Part shown: positions 38,401-48,366 of the stretch, one piece after another
How positions within the stretch are numbered: the first letter of the stretch is position 1
How the letters are laid out: every line of letters starts with the position of its first letter
Origin: a virus
Direction: 5' to 3' (one strand)
DNA: 64,000 nt
IMG/VR virus record: IMGVR_UViG_3300027741_000020
Made by a program: the position numbers and the translations under genes
Notes under the pieces: model-generated
Databases searched by the model: none
What the model saw: the letters and a program-made list of their open reading frames with translations, nothing else
Told to the model about the DNA's origin: nothing

Positions 38401-39535
38401 AAATGCGGATACAATTAAGAAAAATGCGGAAACATTTACTGCATTTGCTACCGCAATGGATTCATATAAAGGTAGTGGTGGTTCGTTGGGTGGTGTATTA
38501 GCAGATGGATTGGGTAAATTCTTTAAAGTAAAACCACCAATAGAACAAATGAAGGAATTTGGTAAAGAATTACTTGTTCCTGATAATACTATATTAAAAG
38601 CAAATGCAGAAGCATTTACCGTATTTGGTAATGCAATGGCAACATATAAAGGAAGTGGTGCTGGAATTGGTGATGCATTAGCACAAGGTGTATCATCTTT
38701 CTTAAAAGTACCAACCCCATTAGGTAAATTTAAAGAATTTGCGGCAATAGATGGGATTGATGTACAAAAAACAAAAAATAACGCAGAAGCATTTACCGCA
38801 TTTGGTAATGCAATGGCAACATACAAAGGTTCAGGCGAAGGCTTCTGGTCTAGTTTAGGAGAAGGAATATCATCTTTCTTTGGTGGTGGTAAAGAGGATT
38901 TAATTACTAAATTCCAAAGATTCGCAGCATTAGACGCAGGTGGAGTAACTGCGATATCAACAGCAATTGGAAGTTTTAATACTAATTTATCGGGATTTAA
39001 TTCAGAAAGTGCCGAAGCAGTTGGTACTGGTATGGCAAGTGTTGCAAAAGCTACAACTGATTATTTAACAGCAGATAGAACGGCCGCAGTTAATGCATTC
39101 GCAACTTCTATTGGATTTTTAAATTCTCAATTAATGGGATTGGCTGGTGTCGGACGTTTAATGGAAACAACAACATTAGCATTTATGAACCTTGCATCCG
39201 CTTTACAAAGTTTAGCAGCAGTTAATACAAAAGCAATTAATGATATACCTTGGATAAGAATGACTGCATTTGCAGGAGCAGGTGGTAGAATTACATTGGC
39301 ACAAAGTGCAAATAATAACTTTAACATAGCACAGGATAGTGCAAAAAACATTGCACATATGGACCAACAAATAACACAGCTTGTGCTAGTAAATAAAAAC
39401 CTACAAGCACTAATGGCAGTAATGACGGATAATGCACAAGCCGCAACTGTATTACAAATAGATGGTAGACAGGTTACTGATATGATTAAAAGAAGAGCAG
39501 ATAATGCAAAAGCAATGAATCCGGCCAAAGGTTAA
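35453..39535 (+). CDS. tape measure protein
   Basis: 1360-aa Ala/Gly-rich helical protein after tube and chaperone; about 59-aa repeats NAEAFT.FGNAMATYKG.G; hydrophobic segments. Confidence 0.9.
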   Translation: MAVNKNEITGQEQLNKLLKDYEKTLKTIKDLKRNLFDGDKLQSSMITEQVKKSKDLKKQIDEINKAIDNQVQDYEDMDDTLISIGNTMKKNQKLAQITADNFGKVKDVSLSIATLLKEGGVQNTKTQKQVIAINDAYKNMHTSIAKANKEYALGRISNEDRVALIKREADEFQDVASMIDMSKVSSEELRGVIGGMTKEGEMFSKSMKGATVQSEGLDRVMGSFSGIPAMGELNTLLKTNIKDTLAFKAATFALGAALAKVAYDYFGAPIEVAMQNEFDIRKNRIQTAMDVKKLEIEAQFIPRKIENERQRNQIDTANNINQIQIDGAFAVQKAMVQFNSQLKQGAAQFEAASKTALFGKGIGSIGYGAAQMQLAGVGAEQVASAMTAAASATGKMPSSAVAADMAIMATRTGQSVDNIAEINEYFQRTDKVSAKTAMNLQEGLRAMADQAHIGLGKLMEEIAQNSKDALSYQIKSGPALAKQVAYAQTLGVSFGDIAKAGKNMVLNYKDSIKSEMQLSTLLGKQVDLSEVRAKFASGDTEGGLKALKSQGLDPKDMDMFQQEALQQALGGLDLSSISKVAQNTGAAVGGLQAGSAKGGNQQFLGTKQAAEQTLAAKSAQISAATAIIDAKLSGQITDAYLNSPGYKTYLMAQNDMAKKEAELANTIQAAVLASKEYQKLQVEQIKEQEKFDIGKTLREGLVTAGGGLLTTGMSKMFGKKGGDIAGMITGGGGGGEEGGDGGGGGGAAEGPIASVAAQIEAAAPVLEKAKPLGKGIAEFGKGIGNFLKSVGKGFGALIEGVLTGLAAGLKAFADPMILVGAGILAGSITLIGAGIAGAAWILGKALPTLAEGFMAFNGINGDNLKDVGVGVAALGVGMAAMGAGAVLSGIGNLVGSLFGGGIEDTIKKVEKFAEANINADKVKNNADAIVAYSKAMAASGLGNAASGLGNMVGGIANGIAKFFGGDTELPIDKMAKFGASEIANADTIKKNAETFTAFATAMDSYKGSGGSLGGVLADGLGKFFKVKPPIEQMKEFGKELLVPDNTILKANAEAFTVFGNAMATYKGSGAGIGDALAQGVSSFLKVPTPLGKFKEFAAIDGIDVQKTKNNAEAFTAFGNAMATYKGSGEGFWSSLGEGISSFFGGGKEDLITKFQRFAALDAGGVTAISTAIGSFNTNLSGFNSESAEAVGTGMASVAKATTDYLTADRTAAVNAFATSIGFLNSQLMGLAGVGRLMETTTLAFMNLASALQSLAAVNTKAINDIPWIRMTAFAGAGGRITLAQSANNNFNIAQDSAKNIAHMDQQITQLVLVNKNLQALMAVMTDNAQAATVLQIDGRQVTDMIKRRADNAKAMNPAKG
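38426..38840 (+). repeat. degenerate 177-180-nt internal repeats of the tape measure gene
   Basis: gcagaagcatttaccg.atttggtaatgcaatggcaacata.aaagg near 38606 and 38783, with a weaker copy near 38426. Confidence 0.75.
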
Positions 39536-39594
39536 GCAGGGTTAAGAAATAATCGTATTTTAATTTATAGCATATTTATATAAAAGAATATTAA

Positions 39595-40950
39595 ATGGCA
39601 ACCATATTAGATTTATTTAAAAAGAAAAATAGTGAATTATACGGAATAACTGCCAAAATATTAATCAACACCAGAGGTTTTGTTGATATTCCAAAAAAAG
39701 CCGCACTACTAACGTCATCGCCAAACACATTGGCAGACCTTATTGGTAATCAAATTGGTGGTGCATTGGGTGGTAATGCAAATAGACCTTCCGATACAAT
39801 ATTCAAAAGTGATAAAATATTTGCTAAACCAATAACTTTAACCGCAGTAACTCAAGCTCAATTAAGAAGAGCCGCAGATGAATTAGATAGGCCAGTATTT
39901 ATAAAAGAAAATCCTGCTCCTGGTTCATTAATCGCAAAAATAAAACAAACGGGCGCATCGCCTGCACAGGTGGCGGCTCAAATCGCAGTAAATGCAATAA
40001 ATAATTATGGTAGTAAATCTGGTATTAAAAAACTATCCGCTGCTATTAAAGGCATCGGTAATGAGCAAGTTGGATATGGTACACAGTATAGTAGATTAGA
40101 TATTGGTGGCAAACCACTTGTAAAAACTTCAAAATTTAGTAACCAATATCCAGTATATGAGCAACATACAAACCAACGTACAAATAGGAAAGAATGGATA
40201 CGAAGTGTGGTACAGAATAGGATTAGCGATACGCCGGTAGCTGGGATTTCTAAATTTGATTTGTTTAATAACGATATATTAGAAACTCAATACACAGATG
40301 AAACATTTAAAGCTGCATTAACTACATATAATAAAACAGCAACGCCATATGTTAAGTTTAAGCTATATGGTAAAGGTACGAATAATCTAATAATATTGCC
40401 GGGAACAATAAGTGGAATATCGGAAGATTTCTCACCGGAAGTATCTAATTTTAAATATGTTGGGTCGCCATTCAATTTATATAGATATGGTGGAGTTGAA
40501 AGAACTCTAAAGTTTGAATTAAAGATGTATTTCTTAAACGATACACAAAAGGAAAATATGAAGATTAACTTAGATAGAATCCGTAAGTTAGTTTTTCCAG
40601 ATGAAAAAATATCAACAATACAATACGCTAATAATACATACTCGCCGATTGTATTTAATCCAAACTTAGTATATTTGACTATTCCTGGATTATACAAAGA
40701 TACACTTGGTATAGTTGATTCACTTGGTATTAGTATAGAAGATACCGTACCATGGGTAACTACGTTTGGTACTGATCCAAAGACAATTAAATTAGACGGA
40801 ACAAATGCAAAAGAACCATACCCATCCGTATTTAATGTAAGTATTGGTATGAAAGTAATAGAACACCCATCGATTGAAGATAATACATATGTATATGGTG
40901 AATCCAAAGAAAAGAATAATACTTACACAAATTATTTTACAGGGTATTAG
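39595..40950 (+). CDS. baseplate/tube-initiator protein (gp48/gp54-like C-terminal domain)
   Basis: ISGISEDFSP......Y.G.P...Y.YGG.ER.L.F.LK; position after the tape measure gene. Confidence 0.65.
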   Translation: MATILDLFKKKNSELYGITAKILINTRGFVDIPKKAALLTSSPNTLADLIGNQIGGALGGNANRPSDTIFKSDKIFAKPITLTAVTQAQLRRAADELDRPVFIKENPAPGSLIAKIKQTGASPAQVAAQIAVNAINNYGSKSGIKKLSAAIKGIGNEQVGYGTQYSRLDIGGKPLVKTSKFSNQYPVYEQHTNQRTNRKEWIRSVVQNRISDTPVAGISKFDLFNNDILETQYTDETFKAALTTYNKTATPYVKFKLYGKGTNNLIILPGTISGISEDFSPEVSNFKYVGSPFNLYRYGGVERTLKFELKMYFLNDTQKENMKINLDRIRKLVFPDEKISTIQYANNTYSPIVFNPNLVYLTIPGLYKDTLGIVDSLGISIEDTVPWVTTFGTDPKTIKLDGTNAKEPYPSVFNVSIGMKVIEHPSIEDNTYVYGESKEKNNTYTNYFTGY

Positions 40951-40971
40951 TGATAATTAATATAATAAATA

Positions 40972-41274
40972 ATGGCAAACAGATATAGATACACATTAAC
41001 GGCAGCTGATAGTGATACTCAACGGGTATATATGAAAAGCACCATATATCCAAAGATAAAAGCTACAGATAATGATATATATGCCATAACCGATGCAGGC
41101 GACAGATTCGACTTACTTGCTAAAAAATATTATGGCGATGAAGCATATTGGTGGATTATTGCAACTGCAAATAATATGAATGATGGAAACTTCTTTATAA
41201 AGGAAGGGATACAAATAAGAATACCATCTAATATAAATGCAATATTAAATGATTTAGAAAGAATAAATAAATAA
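40972..41274 (+). CDS. LysM-like baseplate protein (gp53/tail X-like)
   Basis: GDRFDLLAKKYYGDEAYWWIIATAN...G.QIRIP. Confidence 0.85.
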   Translation: MANRYRYTLTAADSDTQRVYMKSTIYPKIKATDNDIYAITDAGDRFDLLAKKYYGDEAYWWIIATANNMNDGNFFIKEGIQIRIPSNINAILNDLERINK

Positions 41275-41278
41275 AGTT

Positions 41279-43735
41279 ATGCCATTCCCATATTTAACGC
41301 CATTCCTGCCTTGGATAACCGATATATTGCAAGAAAGAGAAGATAATCAAGTATCAAATATATTTAAAAATCCATATGCAATGATAACATCAGCTGCGTT
41401 GGTAGTGCAGGGTGCAGGGATTGCATCAAATGATGAAAAAACTCGTGCAGAAGATATTGAAAATAAAATAAAAAATCCACCACCAGAATCATATAAAGGG
41501 TGCATTATTGCAAATAACATAAATTCACTAGCTTTATCATATTCAACTGCGGAAACGATAGTTGGAATTGATTTTGACGGTAAACCTATTAAAGTAGCTA
41601 ACGGAGAAACCGGTAGAAAAGTATCAACTCCAATAATAGAATCAATTACAATGGACTCCGGTGGTACAAATGCTGCATTAAAAAGCGCAAAGGTTACAGT
41701 TAGATGCTTTACATTAAAGCAGTTTGAAATGTTTGAATTGTTTTTTATGAAACCTGGTATGAGTGTAATCGTTGAATGGGGTGATTCTACAATATTAACA
41801 ACTAAACCAAAACCAGCTGGAACTACAAACGGTACACCCGTAACAAATAAACGTAGTCATAATACGTTTCAAAATGGAACGAAAGTCGAAGTAAAGCCAT
41901 TCAAAGACCCATCGGAGGCATTAATTATCAATCAAGATGGTAATAAAACATATGATACATTTTGTAAAAACTTTTCAAAATATTTTAGATCGGATACAAC
42001 TGCGATTGCAAAATATTTAGAAAGAATTGAAAACTCATTAGGTTCATACGATTTAGTGGCTGGTAAAGTTTTAGATTATTCGTTTTCTATAAATGAAGAT
42101 GGGACATATAGTTGTAATTTTGAAGTTTCACAGGGAAATCAGATAAATATGGCAATACCATGTAACCCAACTAAAGATTCATCAAAAGAAAAAACAAAAT
42201 CAAATGATGTTGATATAACTAAAACGACACAAATAATTGAACAAATAGCATCAGATTTTAATTTAGATTCCGATATATTTAAACAAATACTCAAAGATAA
42301 AGTAGTTGAGCATGCAGATGGAACTAAGGAAACTGATTGGAGTAGGGATTGGTTCAACTTCTTAAAAATAAATAAGCTACAAAAAGATACCGTAGCATCA
42401 TCGGATGCGTATATATCATTACGATTTATATTAGTTGTATTGATGAACTATGTACTATATCAAAAGGATGGTAAAACTGCAATTGATACGGATTTCTTTG
42501 AACTAACATTGCCAGTTTTTAAAATAGGTAATAAAAAAGTTGAAGTAATTCCTGTAACATCAAATAGATACATGATATCAAGTTCTCCTGATATAATATT
42601 TCCAACTGATAAATTACCAATGCCGTTTGCTCGAAATCCTAAAGGAAAGGATTTTAAAGAAGAGGATAATAAAATAACAATACCAGATGACCCCACAACT
42701 AAAGATGGTAAAATAAATGGATATAATTTTCATTTAAGTAATCCACTACAATATAATAGCCAGCATGATATACAAATTCCATCTACACAAAATAGTGATT
42801 ATAGGTTGGGAGATGCTTTAAGTATATTTATAAAATACCAAACAGTTGTAAAAGCTTGGAGAAAATCGTATACTCGTATTGATTTTTTAGAGCAAATACT
42901 TGGCACAGTAAATGATGCAAGTTATGGATTGTTCAGACTTGTATATGGATTGCAAGATACGGATGGTAAACCAACCGTTGTGGATTATAAACTGGCGCCG
43001 CCAGCTATCCAAACTGAAAATAATAATACTGGTTATAGATTTAAACCAACTACAATTAAATCAATAGTTAAGCAATTTAGTTTTAATTTTGAAATGAGCA
43101 ACCTTGTAGCTGGTAGGACTATTTTCAATTCGTCAAAATTTTTAGATAATGCATTACAAAAATCAAATGCAAAAAATATAAACGGAGAGATACCATTACC
43201 ACCGGATGCTTACAAATCTATTGATAATTCTTCATTTGGTAATGCGGATGGATACTATTCAATTAATAATGTTGAGCTATTGGTAATGAAAGAGAAATTC
43301 CAACAGGCACAAGCACTACGGGCAAAAAATATAAAAGAGGAAGATCCAAAAAAAGAGGCAACAAAAGAAGCTCAAGATTTGAATGATGTAATAAAAAATA
43401 AATCAATTAAATTTCTAATGAATCCGGTATCACCAAAGGATCCAATTACCCTCATATATACTGATTCTACATTAATTCAAAATAAAATACATAAATCTGA
43501 AAAAGATAATGCCGATAAAACCGGTAAAAAAAAATCAACATTATCTCCGATTGAAGTTACTATAACTATTGACGGATTTAGTGGATTCAGATGTGGCCAG
43601 TATTTTAATATAGATGGTGTTCCTGAAATATATAATCAAATTGGAGTATTTCAGATTACCGAAATTTCTCATTCTGTACAAAAATCGGAATGGACAACAA
43701 CCATAAAGGCAGATTTTAGAATAATGAATAAATAG
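41279..43735 (+). CDS. baseplate hub protein (gp27/gp44-like, large)
   Basis: P.IESI...A.V...CF...QF...E.FFMKPGMSV.VEWG; C-terminal TIDGFSGFRCGQYF...FQITEISH.V...W.T. Confidence 0.65.
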   Translation: MPFPYLTPFLPWITDILQEREDNQVSNIFKNPYAMITSAALVVQGAGIASNDEKTRAEDIENKIKNPPPESYKGCIIANNINSLALSYSTAETIVGIDFDGKPIKVANGETGRKVSTPIIESITMDSGGTNAALKSAKVTVRCFTLKQFEMFELFFMKPGMSVIVEWGDSTILTTKPKPAGTTNGTPVTNKRSHNTFQNGTKVEVKPFKDPSEALIINQDGNKTYDTFCKNFSKYFRSDTTAIAKYLERIENSLGSYDLVAGKVLDYSFSINEDGTYSCNFEVSQGNQINMAIPCNPTKDSSKEKTKSNDVDITKTTQIIEQIASDFNLDSDIFKQILKDKVVEHADGTKETDWSRDWFNFLKINKLQKDTVASSDAYISLRFILVVLMNYVLYQKDGKTAIDTDFFELTLPVFKIGNKKVEVIPVTSNRYMISSSPDIIFPTDKLPMPFARNPKGKDFKEEDNKITIPDDPTTKDGKINGYNFHLSNPLQYNSQHDIQIPSTQNSDYRLGDALSIFIKYQTVVKAWRKSYTRIDFLEQILGTVNDASYGLFRLVYGLQDTDGKPTVVDYKLAPPAIQTENNNTGYRFKPTTIKSIVKQFSFNFEMSNLVAGRTIFNSSKFLDNALQKSNAKNINGEIPLPPDAYKSIDNSSFGNADGYYSINNVELLVMKEKFQQAQALRAKNIKEEDPKKEATKEAQDLNDVIKNKSIKFLMNPVSPKDPITLIYTDSTLIQNKIHKSEKDNADKTGKKKSTLSPIEVTITIDGFSGFRCGQYFNIDGVPEIYNQIGVFQITEISHSVQKSEWTTTIKADFRIMNK

Positions 43736-43747
43736 TAATTATATAGT

Positions 43748-44125
43748 ATGTATACCGATATAGCAGAAGATTTGGACCAATTTAAAATTGACAAACCAAC
43801 CACAAATGTGCCAAGCCCAAATGATGATGATTATCGAATTGGATTTATTAGAAGATACTTTATTAGAAGGTCTAATGATATAGATGCGCATATATTTGAA
43901 GTAGACGATGTGGAACATTCCAAATATATAAATAACCCATTCTGGACAATAGATTCTGTTAAGTGGAGAATATCTGGCCCAATATCGCCTGTATATAAAG
44001 ATGATGGAACTCTTATAGATAAAGGTGTTACCAATTCAAATAAAGCAGCAATTGGATTGGCAGCAAAAAATCTAAAAAATATAGCACTATACCTGCCAAA
44101 TCTACTGCAATTCTACCTTAAATAA
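43748..44125 (+). CDS. hypothetical baseplate-associated protein
   Basis: P...DY..GFIRRYFIRR...W.ISGP pattern at the end of the baseplate operon. Confidence 0.5.
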   Translation: MYTDIAEDLDQFKIDKPTTNVPSPNDDDYRIGFIRRYFIRRSNDIDAHIFEVDDVEHSKYINNPFWTIDSVKWRISGPISPVYKDDGTLIDKGVTNSNKAAIGLAAKNLKNIALYLPNLLQFYLK

Positions 44126-44130
44126 ATTAA

Positions 44131-44162
44131 TTTCGTAAATCAGAATATTTTTTGTATATTTG
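44131..44162 (+). promoter_or_regulatory. Bacteroidota-type promoter of the PolA-like gene
   Basis: TTTC (imperfect -33), 20 nt, then TATATTTG (44155-44162); ATG at 44169. Confidence 0.55.
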
Positions 44163-44168
44163 GTTCGT

Positions 44169-45434
44169 ATGAATTTAATAGAAAATACTCTGACATTAGC
44201 AAATTTCATAGAGTCCAAACCTAAAATTGGACTAATTGTGCCCGTATGGTCTTCGCCTAAGGCACATGAGTTTGGCAATACTATGTCATTCATATACTAT
44301 CGAACAAATGAGGATGAAGGTATTATAAACTTTAAGCATATAGATGCTGAAACTGTTGCAGAGTTCGACTTAACAAAGGTAATAGATGCACATACATTAG
44401 TTTTAGGTAATCGTTATATTAGGACTCAGGGACTAGATTATGAGTGGGTATACTTTGAGGAGTATGGTAAACCATTTGTGTTTATAGACTTCGTAGAATC
44501 GGTTTATAGAGGGTATAGGAACGATTATAACGAGATGCATGATTGTATACCATTAATGAAGTGGTATGAAATTCTTAGGACTATACCTGATATACAAAAT
44601 ATAAAAGATTGGTATAGACCATATTCAGACGCCATAACGGAATTAGGAAAAATTGAAGGGGCTGGGGTAAAGGTCGATGATAAAAAATTTATTGATACCT
44701 TTGGCTTCGATGCCCAGTATATCTACAACGGCATAGTGTATACAAAATATAATCCATACACGGTAACCGGTAGACCTTCCAATAGACATCTTAACATAAA
44801 TTACTCTGCTCTCAATAAAGGAGATAGAAGTAGAGAGTCCATAATAAGCCGGTTTAGGGGTGGTACATTGATTGGGTTTGATTTTGAATCATATCACATA
44901 CGAATAATCGGTAAGCTTGTAGGTTATGTGTTTCCTACGGGGGTTACGGCTCACGAACATCTTGCGGAATACTACGGAGTAGATGCAGAGGCTTCAAAAT
45001 CCATAACATTTACTTATCTATATGGTGGTATATCGGATGAAGTCAAAGATATACCATTCTTTCAAAAGGTGGCGGAGTGGTTAGACCGGATGTGGGCCGG
45101 GTTTGTAATTTCGGGAAATCTTACGACTCCACTATACAAACGCCGAATCCATTTTAGCCGGATAGAATCACCAACGAAACAAAAGGTATTTAATTACCTA
45201 TTACAAGCCCTTGAGACTGAAATAAACTATAAGAAAATTGGTGAGTTAAACCGAATAATGAGTGAGGTGAAATCCAAACCTGTTTTATATACATACGATG
45301 CGTTCCTTATAGATACCGAACCGACTGAAAGGGATTGGGTTTTGAGTGAGGTTAAAGCCCTATTAGAAGTGGGTGGATTTCCTGTCCGCACATACGAAGG
45401 AAATAATTACAATCATTTAGAAGTGTTATCTTAA
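44169..45434 (+). CDS. minimal family A DNA polymerase (polymerase domain only)
   Basis: TVTGRPSN, motif A GFDFESYHIR, motif B SKSITFTYLYG, motif C YTYDAF; likely start ATG 44169. Confidence 0.8.
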   Translation: MNLIENTLTLANFIESKPKIGLIVPVWSSPKAHEFGNTMSFIYYRTNEDEGIINFKHIDAETVAEFDLTKVIDAHTLVLGNRYIRTQGLDYEWVYFEEYGKPFVFIDFVESVYRGYRNDYNEMHDCIPLMKWYEILRTIPDIQNIKDWYRPYSDAITELGKIEGAGVKVDDKKFIDTFGFDAQYIYNGIVYTKYNPYTVTGRPSNRHLNINYSALNKGDRSRESIISRFRGGTLIGFDFESYHIRIIGKLVGYVFPTGVTAHEHLAEYYGVDAEASKSITFTYLYGGISDEVKDIPFFQKVAEWLDRMWAGFVISGNLTTPLYKRRIHFSRIESPTKQKVFNYLLQALETEINYKKIGELNRIMSEVKSKPVLYTYDAFLIDTEPTERDWVLSEVKALLEVGGFPVRTYEGNNYNHLEVLS

Positions 45435-45495
45435 AAAAAGTATATTTATGTCATATAATCATATATGTAATTATATAATTGATTAAATAAACCGA

Positions 45496-45774
45496 ATGAT
45501 AAAACTCAAGACACTATTACCTGAAGCGATAACTCAATCTGATTGGCCAACGCTTATTGGTAAAGAATTGGTACTAACTGGTAATATAAAATTAACGCCA
45601 AGAGAAGTACGACCTATCATAGTTACGGCAAAGGTAGGAGAAACAATTACGGTAGAAGCAACACCATATCAGAAACAACCAAACATTGTTACTGTTTCAT
45701 ATAAAGGTACGCTGTATACTGCGAATGTGACTAGTGTATTATCAAATTCAAATATAAAAATAAATAAAAGATGA
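45496..45774 (+). CDS. small putative internal head protein
   Basis: MIKLKTLLPE|A N-terminus; late motif at 45442-45449. Confidence 0.5.
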   Translation: MIKLKTLLPEAITQSDWPTLIGKELVLTGNIKLTPREVRPIIVTAKVGETITVEATPYQKQPNIVTVSYKGTLYTANVTSVLSNSNIKINKR

Positions 45775-47594
45775 ATATAGATTTTCAAGAAATTCTTAAA
45801 GAGTTGGAGTATAGAGTACCACATGGTATTATAAACTTAAACGAAGAACATCAGGTTACAAAATTAGTCGAAATACTTCGTGAGAACGGAGTTAGCGATG
45901 CCAATGAACTTGCTCAAAAGGCAAGAGGTTATTTTGGGTTTATAAATGAAGCAGCTACAGATATTATAGTAAAAAATAAAAAATCTGGACACATCTACAA
46001 AGTTAAAAAGATGGATCCATCAGTTCATGTAGTTCCAAAACCAGCAGAAATACAGGCCGCTACCGACTTTTATGGTGGAAAATTACCAGTATCCGATAAA
46101 GACCCTAAGTTAAAAGGTAAAGCCGTATTTGGTGGTAAAGGTGCATCGGTATTTCCAAAAGATAAAGAATCCACTAAATCAAAAATAATTGGTGGTAAAG
46201 ATAAAACTCTTTCTAAAATAGACACACTTAATAGTAAAGAATACAAACAAAAACAACAACCTGATGATGCTACATTTGAAAAAAAGAATAAAGCAAATCA
46301 AGTAGGACCTCCGCCACAACTATATAAATTACCAGTAGAAGTTGTAAAAAACGCAAAAGTTCCACCAAGACATTTAGTCGCATTGGAAAGAATGATGAAC
46401 TCTAAATTCAGTAATGATACTGCTAAATGGAGTCATTTTTCCGATTTACCAGGAGGAGCAGGGCAAATATCAGCACAAGCTGGTGAATTGATGACAATGA
46501 TAGGAACTACTATGGATGACAAATCAGCAGACACATTTTATAAATCATTAATGGATCACGAAGCCGCTCAATTGGCAAAAAATCCAAATTTAAAAAATGA
46601 GGCCACTAGAATTGTAACTAAAAGTTGGATACAAGCCGCAATGAATAATAGAAAGGCAATTCGTAATAGACTATCTAAAGAATATCCAAATTCTACGATA
46701 ACAGCTGGAGCGTGGGATACGCAGGGAGAAGTTGAAGCTATGGGTTTAAAAGATTATAAGAAGAATAAAGGATATTCAACAGATGCATACTTTAAAATAA
46801 AAACAAAAGGTGGTGATGAAATATTGGATGAAGTATCTTTGAAAAAATCAACCGCAGTAAATTTCTTAAACTCAGGAACAGGTAAACTTTCGGAATGGGA
46901 TCCTAATTTACCTGATAATATTAATCCAAATATATATCAATCAAACGAAAGAAAAAATTTATATACATTTGGTTCAAAAAATGTAAAAGCATTGGAAAAT
47001 GCGGCTCAAAAAGATACTGAACTACAATCAATCCTAAAAGCAAAAAAGATGTCATTAAATGATGCATTGGATAAACTTAAAGCTGGTAAAGGATCTAGGG
47101 ATATAAATAAAGTTGTAATGGCATCCATACAATCCGCTGCAAAGCAAGGCGATAAAGCATCTCAATCGTATTTAGAATTAGTACAAAAAAACCATAAAGA
47201 ACATCAACATGCTGTTATTAAGGCTTTGGGAACTAATCCAAAATTAAAGCAAGGTATGTTGAGCTCAATAAGAGAGGAATTTCCACTTAAAGCAGTTGGT
47301 GAGGGTGAGGAATCAATGGCCATTGGACCAAATTCATTAGATAGAGCAATACTTAAAAATATATTTAAAACATCGGATTTTGACCAAATTAAACAAGGAT
47401 TAACAGCTGTGACAGATGCAGAACCGCCATATTTGGCATATAAAGCTGCAACTTCTAAAGATATTATACCAATTGCTACTATTAGTGTTAGAGAAGATGG
47501 TGTTGGATATGGTGGACAAATTAAATTTGAAATGCAATTGGATAAGCGTTTTGCTAAAATATTAGAACAAGCTAACAAAGAAATATACGGATAA
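45771..47594 (+). CDS. hypothetical protein, possibly a PD-(D/E)xK nuclease with a head-processing N-terminus
   Basis: ILKE| and FINE|A sites; YSTDAYF...DEVSLKK nuclease-like motif. Confidence 0.45.
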   Translation: MNIDFQEILKELEYRVPHGIINLNEEHQVTKLVEILRENGVSDANELAQKARGYFGFINEAATDIIVKNKKSGHIYKVKKMDPSVHVVPKPAEIQAATDFYGGKLPVSDKDPKLKGKAVFGGKGASVFPKDKESTKSKIIGGKDKTLSKIDTLNSKEYKQKQQPDDATFEKKNKANQVGPPPQLYKLPVEVVKNAKVPPRHLVALERMMNSKFSNDTAKWSHFSDLPGGAGQISAQAGELMTMIGTTMDDKSADTFYKSLMDHEAAQLAKNPNLKNEATRIVTKSWIQAAMNNRKAIRNRLSKEYPNSTITAGAWDTQGEVEAMGLKDYKKNKGYSTDAYFKIKTKGGDEILDEVSLKKSTAVNFLNSGTGKLSEWDPNLPDNINPNIYQSNERKNLYTFGSKNVKALENAAQKDTELQSILKAKKMSLNDALDKLKAGKGSRDINKVVMASIQSAAKQGDKASQSYLELVQKNHKEHQHAVIKALGTNPKLKQGMLSSIREEFPLKAVGEGEESMAIGPNSLDRAILKNIFKTSDFDQIKQGLTAVTDAEPPYLAYKAATSKDIIPIATISVREDGVGYGGQIKFEMQLDKRFAKILEQANKEIYG

Positions 47595-47992
47595 TGAATA
47601 CACAACTACTTTGCTTATTTACTATAAAGGATGAATTGGATAAATCAATAGATTTTATACTTACTAATTACACACTAATCAATCCTAATGTATTCATTTT
47701 GGAAAACAAATCCAGAATAGAGGAAGCGTTTATAACATTCAATGTGGAGAAGGGTTCTGCGGCAATACAATCCGAATGGAAAACCATATTGGTACATAGG
47801 AAGAAACAATCCAATACTATATACACTATAAATGCCCTAAACGAAGTAGTTAAGTCCAAAACAGGAGGACAGACTGATAATTCATTTATGATTGATTGGG
47901 AAGAATTTAGAAACTGTATTCTTATTACATCTAACTTCGGCCATAAAAAAATACCTACAAAAGTATTTAAGACTTTGAATTTGGAAAATTAA
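47594..47992 (+). CDS. hypothetical protein
   Basis: 132-aa ORF (MNTQLLCLFT...HRKKQSNTIYTINALN) coupled to the upstream gene. Confidence 0.6.
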   Translation: MNTQLLCLFTIKDELDKSIDFILTNYTLINPNVFILENKSRIEEAFITFNVEKGSAAIQSEWKTILVHRKKQSNTIYTINALNEVVKSKTGGQTDNSFMIDWEEFRNCILITSNFGHKKIPTKVFKTLNLEN

Positions 47993-48011
47993 AATATTTT
48001 TCGTATATTTG
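47980..48011 (+). promoter_or_regulatory. Bacteroidota consensus promoter
   Basis: Perfect TTTG, 20 nt, TATATTTG; ATG at 48016. Confidence 0.75.
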
Positions 48012-48015
48012 TTGT

Positions 48016-48366
48016 ATGCCAGCAAGGAAATATAAACCAATAGAGATTACAACGGACTCTCCCGATAATATATTCACTACACACCGATTGGATTTAGCTA
48101 AATCAATTGTGGATGCTATTGATTTTAGCTTTCGTAATAAAAAGAGTTATGTAGATTTTGCTCATATCATAATTAGAGGTACATTAGATATTACATTATC
48201 AATAGATAGTAGAGAATATATAGACCTGATAGAAACAAATCTTCCACACTTAATAGAATTTGAAGAATACGAACTATGTGCTAAGGCAATCAAACTTAAA
48301 AATAAAATACAAAAATCAAATGAAAAGGTTACTAAGTATGTTTCGGAAACGGCAGGTACAAACTGA
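48016..48366 (+). CDS. hypothetical protein with a UvrB/C-like coiled motif
   Basis: C-terminal EFEEYELCAKAIKLKNK. Confidence 0.5.
   Translation: MPARKYKPIEITTDSPDNIFTTHRLDLAKSIVDAIDFSFRNKKSYVDFAHIIIRGTLDITLSIDSREYIDLIETNLPHLIEFEEYELCAKAIKLKNKIQKSNEKVTKYVSETAGTN

Noticed and set aside
37492-38826. Long minus-strand ORF (444 aa) and the many other antisense ORFs in the track (e.g. 40287-40907, 14936-15469, 54943-55365, 62872-63273)
   Set aside because: They are shadows of well-supported + strand genes, with no recognisable motifs, promoters or start context, and codon-pattern artefacts of Ala/Gly-rich sense frames.
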